A stretch of 64,000 bases of DNA, from contig JBHGNT010000012.1 in the NCBI GenBank assembly GCA_043228905.1, forward strand, positions 16,058,001 through 16,122,000, read 5' to 3'. Positions 1-10,180 of this stretch are shown here, in pieces. Under the pieces are notes generated by a model, which was not told the origin of the DNA, ran no database searches, and was given only the letters and a program-made list of their open reading frames with translations. Position 1 is the stretch's first letter. Every line of letters begins with the position of its first letter. The translations under genes were made by a program, and so were the position numbers. The DNA comes from Azolla caroliniana (Eukaryota > Plantae > Polypodiophyta).

Positions 1-423
1 ACTTTTCTTTTCCTCACTATTTCTGTTTTCAAGCCCCAAATTTCACATACAAGATATTCTTGGAAAGCTCTTTGGGTTAGCTTTCTTATGCATCTTTTCT
101 TTTCTAATTTGGACATCTAGTGAGGAAATTATGAGCTTTTTTCTCTACTGTGCTCCTCATATCCACGCGTGCTCTTTTTTTTTTCTCTCCATCTTTTTAT
201 CTACTTTTCTCTACTTTTGAAAGCCGCCTCTAACTTAATATTCATCATTATTTATTGTAAGGTTCAATCCTTTGACCTTTTATTTATAAGGAATTATCTT
301 TGGCAAAATGAAAAAGTATTTTTGCTAACAATAAAGTTGACTTCACAATACTAGTTTATTTTAACTACTATTTTGCTTCTTTTCGAGGGTGGTTTCACAC
401 TATGTGTTAGAAACATCACGACA
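1..423. mobile_element. Right-hand end of an LTR-type element of the ACG(T/C)-target family (runs off the window)
   Basis: Ends in CACGACA (417-423) directly before ACGT (424-427), where a copia RNase H remnant starts abruptly. The motif GAAAGCTCTT..AGCTTTCT..ATTTGGA..GAGG.A.TTATGA (about 63-135) is also found at about 26177-26248. Confidence 0.55.
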
Positions 424-489
424 ACGTTGACGAAGGTGTTGTCAGTAGACAGGTTGAATGTGTGCCAACAAAGAGTCGGACTGGTGATG

Positions 490-1129
490 TGTTGGGATTT
501 TCGGTCCCTCCGGATGGGATGTCCGGAGATGAATGACGGCAGGCCTGGCCCCGGTTTCGGAGCCGGATGATGAAGACCCCGGCTACGGAGCCGGATGACG
601 AAGACCCCGGCTATGGAGCCGGATGACGTATGTACCCGGAGAGAGATCCGGATGCGGGGACATATTTGTGAATATGTTTGCCAAGGGCCCTTGAGGCTAT
701 ATTTGTAAATAGCCCGAAAGTCATATGTGTATAAATATGACTTAGGGCAAATAGTTTTTGTGTTGTTGATCATTTTTCTGTTTTTCCACTCAAGAGGAGT
801 GAAGAGTGAGCAGCCGTGAGAGAGAGAGAGAGAGAGAGAGATAGAGCGTGAGAGAGGAAGAGGACGACGCCTCTTTGTATTTTCCGCCGCCTGTGGCGAG
901 GACAGCGAGCTCAAGGTCGTCGCCTTGCAGCTCGCCATTGTATACTTCTCTGTGTATAGTGGTGGTTCGGAGTCTTGTACTCCCGTGGTTTTTCCCGTTT
1001 AGGGTTTCCACGTTAATCCCTGCGTATTTGTGTTTCTCTCTGTGGTTTCCTATTTTCTGCTGCATTGATTCGCGCTTACTCGGTTGTGGCCGAGTGAAGA
1101 AGGAGAATCGAAGCGTCGATTTTCCATCA
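490..1129 (+). repeat. 5' LTR (640 bp) with 28-bp U3 tandem repeat and (GA)n tract
   Basis: TGTTGGGATTTTCGG...TTTCCATCA; matches 5247-5661; TATAAATA at about 730. Confidence 0.95.
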
Positions 1130-1132
1130 AAG

Positions 1133-1144
1133 TGGTATCAGAGC
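1133..1144 (+). promoter_or_regulatory. Primer-binding site (tRNA-iMet)
   Basis: TGGTATCAGAGC, 3 nt after the LTR end. Confidence 0.93.
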
Positions 1145-1159
1145 GAGTTGCTGCAGAAA

Positions 1160-4100
1160 ATGGAAGGCGGCGGCAACGGGCAGCCGGGGATGATGGTGCT
1201 GACTGCGCAGAATTACGCCGACTGGAAGATCAAGATGGAGGATCTTCTGATTGTTCGGGACCTGTACGAACCGATTGACAGGTCGGAAATACCGAAAGGG
1301 GTACTTGAGTCGGAATGGAGGCTTCTGAACCGGAAAGCCGTTGCAACCATTCGGCAATACGTCGACGTGAGCGTTCTACAACATGTGGCGAACGACACCA
1401 ACGCATATGAGATGTGGCGGAAGCTGTCGGGCCTCTACGAGAGGAAAAATGCGTTGAACCGGACCTCCCTGATGAGGAAGATAGTGAATCTCAAGTACCG
1501 GGACGGCGAGAGTATGGTGGAACACGTAAGCACGTTCATGGGATTCGTGAATCAGCTTGCGGCGATCAAGTTCCCGTTGGAGGATGCAATGCAAGCCATC
1601 ATCCTGATGTGTACATTGCCGGAAAGCTGGGAGAACTTGGTGGTGACTCTCAGCACCTCCTGCACGGAAGATAACTTGTCCTTACAAACGGTAAAGACAA
1701 GTATTTTGAACGAAGAAGCGCGTCGGAGAGATAAAGAACCGGCCTCCGACTCGAAGGCGCTGCTTACCGAATCGGATCGGGGAAGACAATGGAACCGGAG
1801 TCCGCAAAGACGGGAGAAGTCGGGGACCCGGTCGCAGTCAAGAGGAAGACCCACATGCTTCCACTGTGGGAAGCCGGGGCACTTCCGAAAGAATTGTCGG
1901 CATTACCGAAAAGACAACGGAGCCGACGACACCGATTCGAAGAAGTCACCGGAGAGAAACGGTGCATACCAGGGAGCCATGGACCGGAGAGGTCCGGATC
2001 GGAGAGGGCAGGACCGGAAAGGAACGACGGCACTCGCGGCAAGTGAAGAGGAGATCATGCTCATCACCGAAGAAGGTGAACTAAACATTGCCGGCGATGA
2101 GACGACCTGGGTGGTCGATTCCGGAGCATCGTTCCACCTGACCCCGGAAAGAAGATACTTTTCATCCTACACAGCCGGTGAGCATGGCTGTGTTCGGATG
2201 GGAAATGAAGGTACGTGCCGGATTGCCGGCATCGGAGACGTGTGGTTGACAACCCCGACCGGATGCAAAATGCTGCTGAAGGATGTCCGACACGTTCCGG
2301 AGGTTCGATTGAACCTGATTTCGGCCGGGAGGCTAGACGATGAAGGCTACACAGGTAGCATCCGGAACGGCGTAATGAAGTTCAGCAAGGGTAGCCTGAT
2401 AGTGGCTCGGGCCCGGAAAGACAACACACTATACCTGATGAATGCCCGGTTATGTCCGGAAGAGCTGAACGTGGCAGCCGACACTGCCGGTGAGCTGTGG
2501 CACAAGAGACTGTGCCACATGAGTGAGAAGGGGATGAAGAGGCTTGCAGAAGACAACCTCATTCCAGTGAAGCATGTGCACCTGGAGAAGTGCACCGATT
2601 GCCTGGCCGGTAAGCAGAACCGAGCCTCCTTCCACTCAAGGCCACCGACGAGACGTAGCGCACCATTGGAGTTGGTGCACACTGATGTGTGTCAGGTAGA
2701 AACGAAGTCACATGGCGGAGCCCAGTACTTCGTAACATTCATTGATGATTACAGTCGGAAGCTGTGGACGGCACCGTTGAAGACAAAGGACCAAGTGTTG
2801 TGCGTCTTCAGAGAACTCCACGCGAGAGTGGAAAGGGAATCCGGCAAGAAGCTGAAAGCGATACGAGCGGATAACGGAGGGGAATACCGGGGGCAGTTCC
2901 AGGAGTACTGTCGCTCGAAGGGAATCCGGCTTGAGTTTACTGTGCCGAAGACGCCGGAACTAAACGGGCTGGCGGAGAGGATGAACCGGACCATAATGGA
3001 GAGGGTCCGGAGTATGCTGGCACATGCGAAATTACCCAAGGGGTTTTGGGCTGAGGCAATGTCGACGGCGACATACGTGATAAACAGATCACCCTCAGCA
3101 CCTTTGGACGGAGACACGCCGCAGAAAGTGTGGACCGGTAAGGAAGTGTCCTACCGGCATCTGAAGGTGTTCGGGTGTCTCGCATACGTGCATGTGGCAA
3201 AGGACCAGAGAGGAAAGCTAGATCCAAAGACCCGGCCATGCATATTCCTCGGTTACGGCGATGACGAGTTCGGCTACCGAGTATGGGACCCGGTCGACAA
3301 GAAGATATTCCGGAGTCGTGATATCATCTTCATGGAGAACAAGACACTCGCCGACTGGGAGTCGGAGAAGAAGATGAAGAGCTCCAAGTCGACCGGTGAG
3401 GATCAACTCTACGAGGAGCAGTCCCGACCGGCAAGGGACCGGTTAGCACTCGAGGACCCGGCCGAAGACGGTGAAGAAACAGAACCGGCCGAAGAAGATG
3501 AAAACGATACCGGAACCGGCCCCGATCCCGAAATGGATTCGGATGAAGAAGAAGAATCGGAAGAACCGGTTACCGAAGCTCCCGAACGGAGATATCCTCT
3601 AAGAGAGAGAAGGGCCCCCCGGAGATTTCCGGAACCAGAGCACGTGCTGCTAACCGACGAGGGGGAGCCGGAGAGCTTTGAAGAAGCGAAGCATGACACC
3701 CATAGCCGCAGGTGGTTAAGTGCCATGCAGGAGGAGATGGATTCCCTGCATGAGAACCACACATATGAACTTGTGGAGCTGCCGAAAGGAAAACGGGCAC
3801 TCCGTAACAAGTGGGTGTTCAAGCTGAAACCGGGAGATGCCGAAAACCCCCCGAGATACAAAGCCAGGATCGTGGTGAAGGGGTTTCAGCAGAAGAAGGG
3901 CGTCGACTTCGACGAGATATTTGCCCCGGTAGTGAAGATGACCTCCATCCGGACGGTGCTGAGCATAGCGGCAAGCATGGACCTCGAGGTAGAACAGATG
4001 GACGTGAAAACGGCATTCCTTCATGGTGACCTCGAAGAAGAGATCTACATGCAGCAACCGGAAGGATTCGAGAAGAAAGGGAAGGAGCACCTGGTATGCC

Positions 4101-5236
4101 GGTTGAAGAAGAGCCTTTACGGACTGAAGCAGGCTCCCCGGCAATGGTACCGGAAGTTCGACTCCTTCATGACCGACGAAGGGTACCTCAAAACGCAGTC
4201 CGACCACTGCGTGTTTGTGAAGAAGTTCGAAGGAGGAGACTTTCTAATACTCCTCCTGTACGTGGACGACATGTTGATCGTCGGACGGGACCAGGTCAAG
4301 ATACGGATGCTGAAGAAGGCTCTTCACCGAACCTTCTCAATGAAGGACCTGGGTTCGGCGAGACAAATACTAAGGATGCACATCATCCGGGACCGGAAGA
4401 AGAAGCAGTTGTGGCTGTCACAGGAGAAGTACGTGACGAAGGTGCTTCACCGGTTCAACATGTCGGAAGCAAGACCGGTCGGATCGACCCTCCCGGCAAA
4501 CTGCAAGCTGTCCAGCAAGCAAAGCCCCAAGACAAAGGCTGAGAAGGAGGACATGTTGAAAGTACCATATGCCTCTGCCGTCGGGAGCTTGATGTACGCA
4601 ATGGTGTGTACCCGACCGGACATCGGATATGCAGTCGGAGTGGTGAGCCGGTACATGAGCAATCCCGGCAAAGAGCATTGGAACGCGGCCAAGTGGATAC
4701 TCCGATACCTGAAGGGCACGGCAAACGTGTGCCTCCGATTCGGCTCCGGTAAGCCCGAACTCGACGGCTTCACCGATTCGGATATGTCGGCTGATGCAGA
4801 TACCAGCCGGTCCACATCAGGGTATGTGATGACGTATGCAGGGGGAGCTGTTTCATGGCAGTCGAGGCTGCAGAAGACGGTTGCGTTGTCAACCACGGAG
4901 GCGGAGTACATGGCGGCTGTTGAAGCCGGCAAGGAAATAATATGGATGAAGGACTTCATTAGAGAGCTCGGTATCCGACAGGAGGAGTACCGACTCTACT
5001 GCGACAGTCAGAGTGCAATCCACCTTGCGAAGAACGCGGCCTATCACTCCCGGACGAAGCACATCCAGCGTAGATACCACTGGATCCGGGAAAGGATAGA
5101 AGACAAGGAGTTCGTGCTGACGAAGATCCACACGGACGAGAACGGGTCGGATATGCTGACCAAGGTACTTACACCCGACAAGCTGGAAGCATGCCGGAAG
5201 AGGATCGGATTGGAGAGACATCCCATGCCGAAGTGA
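1160..5236 (+). CDS. Copia Gag-Pol polyprotein (gag, CCHC knuckle, protease, integrase, RT, RNase H), 1358 aa
   Basis: First ATG after the PBS. Motifs in copia order: CFHCGKPGHFRKNC, WVVDSGAS, WHKRLCH..CTDC, VHTD/RADNGGEY/NGLAERMN, QMDVKTAFL, LYVDDM, YCDSQSAIHL/RTKHI. Confidence 0.96.
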   Translation: MEGGGNGQPGMMVLTAQNYADWKIKMEDLLIVRDLYEPIDRSEIPKGVLESEWRLLNRKAVATIRQYVDVSVLQHVANDTNAYEMWRKLSGLYERKNALNRTSLMRKIVNLKYRDGESMVEHVSTFMGFVNQLAAIKFPLEDAMQAIILMCTLPESWENLVVTLSTSCTEDNLSLQTVKTSILNEEARRRDKEPASDSKALLTESDRGRQWNRSPQRREKSGTRSQSRGRPTCFHCGKPGHFRKNCRHYRKDNGADDTDSKKSPERNGAYQGAMDRRGPDRRGQDRKGTTALAASEEEIMLITEEGELNIAGDETTWVVDSGASFHLTPERRYFSSYTAGEHGCVRMGNEGTCRIAGIGDVWLTTPTGCKMLLKDVRHVPEVRLNLISAGRLDDEGYTGSIRNGVMKFSKGSLIVARARKDNTLYLMNARLCPEELNVAADTAGELWHKRLCHMSEKGMKRLAEDNLIPVKHVHLEKCTDCLAGKQNRASFHSRPPTRRSAPLELVHTDVCQVETKSHGGAQYFVTFIDDYSRKLWTAPLKTKDQVLCVFRELHARVERESGKKLKAIRADNGGEYRGQFQEYCRSKGIRLEFTVPKTPELNGLAERMNRTIMERVRSMLAHAKLPKGFWAEAMSTATYVINRSPSAPLDGDTPQKVWTGKEVSYRHLKVFGCLAYVHVAKDQRGKLDPKTRPCIFLGYGDDEFGYRVWDPVDKKIFRSRDIIFMENKTLADWESEKKMKSSKSTGEDQLYEEQSRPARDRLALEDPAEDGEETEPAEEDENDTGTGPDPEMDSDEEEESEEPVTEAPERRYPLRERRAPRRFPEPEHVLLTDEGEPESFEEAKHDTHSRRWLSAMQEEMDSLHENHTYELVELPKGKRALRNKWVFKLKPGDAENPPRYKARIVVKGFQQKKGVDFDEIFAPVVKMTSIRTVLSIAASMDLEVEQMDVKTAFLHGDLEEEIYMQQPEGFEKKGKEHLVCRLKKSLYGLKQAPRQWYRKFDSFMTDEGYLKTQSDHCVFVKKFEGGDFLILLLYVDDMLIVGRDQVKIRMLKKALHRTFSMKDLGSARQILRMHIIRDRKKKQLWLSQEKYVTKVLHRFNMSEARPVGSTLPANCKLSSKQSPKTKAEKEDMLKVPYASAVGSLMYAMVCTRPDIGYAVGVVSRYMSNPGKEHWNAAKWILRYLKGTANVCLRFGSGKPELDGFTDSDMSADADTSRSTSGYVMTYAGGAVSWQSRLQKTVALSTTEAEYMAAVEAGKEIIWMKDFIRELGIRQEEYRLYCDSQSAIHLAKNAAYHSRTKHIQRRYHWIRERIEDKEFVLTKIHTDENGSDMLTKVLTPDKLEACRKRIGLERHPMPK

Positions 5237-5246
5237 AGGGGGAGTT

Positions 5247-5661
5247 TGTTGGGATTTTCGGTCCCTCCGGATGGGATGTCCGGAGATGAATGACGGCAGG
5301 CCTGGCCCCGGTTTCGGAGCCGGATGACGAAGACCCCGGCTACGGAGCCGGATGACGTATGTACCCGGAGAGAGATCCGGATGCGGGGACATATTTGTGA
5401 ATATGTTTGCCAAGGGCCCTTGAGGCTATATTTGTAAATAGCCCGAAAGTCATATGTGTATAAATATGACTTAGGGCAAATAGTTTTTGTGTTGTTGATC
5501 ATTTTTCTGTTTTTCCACTCAAGAGGAGTGAAGAGTGAGCAGCCGTGAGAGAGAGAGATTTGTGTTTCTCTCTGTGGTTTCCTATTTTCTGCTGCATTGA
5601 TTCGCGCTTACTCGGTTGTGGCCGAGTGAAGAAGGAGAATCGAAGCGTCGATTTTCCATCA
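5247..5661 (+). repeat. 3' LTR (415 bp, internally deleted)
   Basis: Near-identical to the 5' LTR, but lacks one 28-bp unit and about 185 bp after the (GA)n tract. Confidence 0.95.
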
Positions 5662-5728
5662 TGATGTTCCCCATCCCGGAGTGAAGGGAGAGTTTGTTGG
5701 GAAATAGGCCCCTCCGAATGGGATGTGC

Positions 5729-7366
5729 TGGCAGCCAGAGATCTTTGACCACGAGCATGTCCCTCATCTTCAACTTCCACATTGGGTAGTCGGAGCCGGT
5801 GAGCTTGAACATGTCGCCGAATGATTCTTCCATTTTCTTGTTCGCTCTTTATACCAATTTGTGCCGAAAATAGTGCTCGGCCACAACCGAGTCTTAAACA
5901 ACGAATGGAAGAAAGACAAACTAAAAGTAGATGACATAGGATGTTTGCGTGGAAACCCTAAATGGGAAAAACCACGGGAGCCCATGGACTCCAACTATCA
6001 CTATAAGGGGAGGAATACAATGTGAGACTCAGAGGCAACGACCTCGAGCTCCATGTCTTTGCCAACCGGCCGTTACAACAGAAGACTCGTTCTGTATCTC
6101 TCTCTCTCTCACTCACTGTGTACACATTCAATCAACAACTCTCATCACATACACTCTAACACACTAAAGTGATTACCCTAAGTCATATTTATACTTATAT
6201 GACATTTGGGCTATTTACAAATATAGCCTCGATGGGCTCACTATGAAACATATTTATACATATGTCCTTGGATCCGGTTTGCACCGGATCCATCCGGATT
6301 CACTCGATCCAGTTTCTGGGTCTCATCCGGAACCCTTTCGGATCTAGTTCCTTCATCTAGCTCGTTCGATCCGGCTCCTCCGGTTCTCATCCGGATCCCA
6401 TCCGGAGGGACCGAATTCCCAACAAACTCCCCCTTCACTCTGCATCCGAAAATCTCCAAGGGGCTCTTCTCTCTCTGAGAGGGTATCTTTGTCCTTGGTT
6501 TCTGACTACCGGTTCCTCCGTTTGTTCCGAATCCAAATCCGATTCGGGATCTTGTCCGGTTCCGGTGTCTTCTTCTTCTTCTTCTTCTTCGGTCGGTTTG
6601 GTTTCTTGTCCGAATCCGGGTGGTTCGTCAAGTGTCATCCGACTTCTGACTAACATCCGATTTTCAACTGGGTAAGTCCTTGTGCCCTCAAGCCGGTTTT
6701 CATTGGATGATCCGGAGTTCATCACCTTCTTCTCTGACTCCTAGTCGGCAATGGTCCTGTCTTCCATGAAGACTATGTCCCGACTCCGGAACACCTTCTT
6801 GTCAACCACATCCCACACCTGGTAACCGAACTCATCATCGTCGTATCCAAGGAATATGCATGGTTGGATCTTCGGATCCAACTTTGCTCTCTTGTCCTTT
6901 GCGACATGCACATATGCGAGACAACTAAACACCTTCAGATGCCGGAAGGATTGGGAGACTAAACATATGCGAGACTCCCAATCCATCCGGCGAGCTTCTT
7001 TATCTAGCAAGCTTTATTTTACCCTTGTTAGGGACAACTACTTTCCTTCCGGCCCGGCGTTGCCCAAAGTGACAACTAGCATCTCCCAACTATCTGGAAG
7101 GGAACCGAGCAGGAGCAATGCAAGTACCTCGTTGGCCAGAGGTACTTCAAGCGAAGTTGTTTGGTTTATGAGCCCCTAAAATGTGTTCATGTGCTCCGTC
7201 ATGCTAGATCCGTCCTAGTACCGGAGTCTCACTAAATTCCAGAATACCGAAACCCGATTTATGACGTTTTTACTCTCCAGCATAGTGTCGATTTTCTCCC
7301 AGACCACATGAGCTTTACTTTCTTCAGTGACGTTGTTATATAGGCTCATGTCGAGAATTCCCAACA
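5729..7366 (-). mobile_element. Deleted, non-autonomous copia derivative: gag remnant, integrase C-terminus, PPT, LTR, PBS, second gag start
   Basis: On the minus strand: TGTTGGGAATTC at 7366; gag (..LLLGSLPDSWEMLVVTL..DKEARR) fused to RHLKVFSCLAYVHVAKD..RYPLRERRAP; PPT at 6425-6440; LTR 6424-5860; PBS-like TGGTATAAAGAGC; then MEESFGDMFKLTGSDYPMWKLKMRDML. Confidence 0.85.
5860..6424 (-). repeat. Copia LTR related to the 490-1129 LTR
   Basis: Minus strand TGTTGGGAATTCGGTCCCTCCGGATGGG...TTTTCGGCACA; shares GGTTGTGGCCGAG and TAGGGTTTCCACG. Confidence 0.85.
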
Positions 7367-7958
7367 CCATCCACCTTGCCAAGAATGTTGCCTACCACTC
7401 TAGGACCATTGGCTTAGGGAGAGGGTAGAAGAAAAGGAATTTTCTCTAGTGAAGATTTACACGAACGAAAATGGATCGGACACATTGATGAAGGTGTTGT
7501 CGGTAGAGAAATTGATTGTGTGCCAACAAAGAGTCGGACTGGTAACGTTCCCCATCCCAGAGCGAAGGGAGAGTTTGTTGGAAAATAGGCCCCTCTGGAT
7601 GGGATGTGCAGGAGTTGGATTCGGACGACATTCGGAAACCGATTGTACCGTTGCCGCATAGGGGCCATATTTGTAAATAGCCCATAATGTGTATGTGTAT
7701 AAATACACCTAGGGCAAATCATTGTGATTTGACAAATAATGATTATTATGCAGTTGTTGTAATTAGTGCATGAAAAAGAGTGCAAATAGAGTGTCAGAGA
7801 GAGAGAGAGAGAGAGTTGTAACTCTGTGGTCATCAGTGGACGAAAAAGTAGTCAAGGTTGTTGCCTTGGAGTTTCTTATTGTATATTCCTCCTACCTTAA
7901 TTATTTTTTTTGGAGTTTGTGAACTCCCATGGTTTTTCCCTTGTAGGGTTTTACACGT
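7367..7958 (+). mobile_element. Copia remnant: RNase H end, PPT and truncated 3' LTR
   Basis: IHLAKNVAYHSRT..VKIYTNENGSDTLMKVL, PPT GAAGGGAGAG, LTR from about 7575 (TGTTGGAAAATAGGCCC), cut at ACGT by the 7959 insertion. Confidence 0.8.
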
Positions 7959-10139
7959 TGTCGCGTTATTATGCGCGTGCGTGTAGAAGGGGTGGGACCA
8001 CGGGGGTCTCAGACAAGGGAGAAAAGGGATGCCAAGAAAACTGGCACCGGACACGACTCGGATGCAACCGAACATGAGAGAGAGAGAAACAAAGGAGAGG
8101 GAGCATGCGAGAGCATGCACGCGACACCGACTCTTATGCACAGGAAGCAAGGGGGTTGTGCTCCCGACACCACCAAATACACCCATTTGCACAAACAGAT
8201 ATGAGTATGTATATTACAAGGGAAAGAATACAACCCCGGCTTTGAGCCGGACCAAGGTAGGTTACAACAGCAGTCTGTTGCCAAGCCGCCAATCGGGGAG
8301 CTCACGGGCTCGTCGCGCCGAGCGGGGTCTTGCACAGGAGACCGAACAGAAGCAAACCCTAAACAAAACACGAACTCTCAACCCTCACAACGAGGAAGAA
8401 GGAGAAGAAAAAGAAACGACCAAGTTAAAACCGCCTAACCCTAATCTAATGGTATACCCCCTAACACAAAATGGGCAACCCCTTTACAAAGGGCGCTCCC
8501 TTCCTTTTATAGAACAAGGAGAGGGATGCGTAACAATGTGGGATAAATCCCCTATTACATGGGATCCTCTGTCCCGAATTAACTACTATTCGGCGCCATG
8601 ATGGCGCCCCTATCATTTACACGATTTGTGCAAGGGTGAGTGCACATGCTCCACCCCGCCGATTCTTCCGATATTCCCCGGTTTCTCACCATGGCCCGGA
8701 ATCTTCACGACATCTGCCCCCACCAAACCGCATGTCCACCGGTACATGCCAAGTTTAGAGAAGTGTGAGAGATTCCAGCCGGAGAGGAACCGGTCTTCCG
8801 CTGCTTTGTCCCTCGTCCCCTCGCCGCCACCGTCAATCTCTCGGTCTTACGCCGACTCTGCTGCCGACCGCCAAAGTCTCTAGCTCCGGTGTGAAGGATC
8901 CTCCTTGGGCCTCCTGTCTTTCCGACCCTATCCTGGGTCTTCCTTTCCGCGTGTCGAGAGGGTGGCTCGCTCCACACCCTCTCCCGTGGTACCGATGTAC
9001 CGTGTTCCGGCCTCCTCGTACGCCTGCCTCTTCCTCCCTTCCGGATCGGTTATCCGGAAGTCCCCTCCGCCTGGTTCTCGTCCGGGTCCGTTCGTCACTT
9101 GGCATTGTCGGGCCCCATTCCCTTGCCGCCACCGTTAGTATCTTGGTCTTACGTCAGATCTGATGCCGATCACCGAAGTCTCTAGTCCGGTGTGAGGTGA
9201 CCCATAGGACCGGTCTTCAATCTCGGCTTCCAGATCGGTTATGTTGGCCGTGACCTCCGCGTCCCCGCCGCCACTTCCCGTCTCTTAGGTCTTCAGTTGG
9301 TTCTCGGACGCAACTGCCTAAGTCTCGGGAATGAGTGTGGAGGACCCATACTTCAGTCAACCGCCTCTTCCGTTTCTCCCTGTCGCCGTTGATCCCTTCC
9401 TTACGCTGTCATGTGGCCCGTGATACACGTGCCAAACGTCGGGATGTCCGCGTCACAAGCGCGGACAAGCACCAAGTCTCTATCCATTAGTGGTTATGGA
9501 GGATTGATGATGAGATTTCAGCGCCTACGGGTCGGTCGATTGGGACCACCGAGGTCTTTGACTGGCAAGAATGAATCAGATGAGTTGTGCTTATCGTCTG
9601 GTCGTCCTTTGTTGTCGAAGAAGCACCCGAACCAGACTCAACAGCGCAATGGATTGATGTATAGGCAGCTGAAGTGACGCATTAATGTGGTTGAGAGTGA
9701 GAGAGAGAAACGAAAATTGAGGAAGTGTTTAAGATAGATAGATAGATAGAGATGAACTCCAATTTCGGGTTTGCACCCTTGAGTTCAATTTCAAGAGACA
9801 AGACACATCACCAATAAGATTAACTAGGTTTTTTATTATTGTTAATTTTTTATTTGATACATAACTTTCTTCATCCCTCGATCGATCCCTTTCTTTCCTT
9901 CTTATATAGATGCCCCCATGCATATGTGCATGTGAGGGTGTAGTACATGCATAAAATGCATGATGACCATGCACCTTATCTAAGCTCTCATGTACGAGCA
10001 GTTTCATGTGAAATGTACAATGAAGAAAAATAACTTTCAAATGAAACAACCTAGTCTAATGGTATGTCTATTGCCTCTTATCTTGGAGGTGTAAGGTTCA
10101 AAACCCTTACTTACACCTCATTGTATGTGTTAGGCTTAT

Positions 10140-10180
<41 letters not shown>

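Larger units (their letters stand above)
490..5661 (+). mobile_element. Intact Ty1/copia LTR retrotransposon (Tnt1/Tork-like)
   Basis: LTRs TG..CA at 490-1129 and 5247-5661, perfect 5-bp TSD TGATG (485-489, 5662-5666), iMet PBS, PPT at 5231-5244, and an uninterrupted gag-pol ORF. Confidence 0.97.
424..5728 (+). mobile_element. Older copia 3' remnant (RNase H end, PPT, start of LTR) split by the young copia; occupies 424-489 and 5667-5728
   Basis: TLTKVLSVDRLNVCQQRVGLVM (424-489) continues after the insertion as FPIPE* followed by PPT GAGTGAAGGGAGAG and LTR start TGTTGGGAAATAGGCCC at 5695. An uninterrupted paralog lies at about 7483-7610. Confidence 0.8.

Noticed and set aside
848-1159. N-terminal 104 aa of the 1462-aa ORF
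   Set aside because: It lies in the LTR and PBS and starts at a non-ATG codon; the gag start is the ATG at 1160.
1084-5413. Numerous short overlapping and antisense ORFs inside the copia
   Set aside because: Expected by-products of GC-rich coding sequence.
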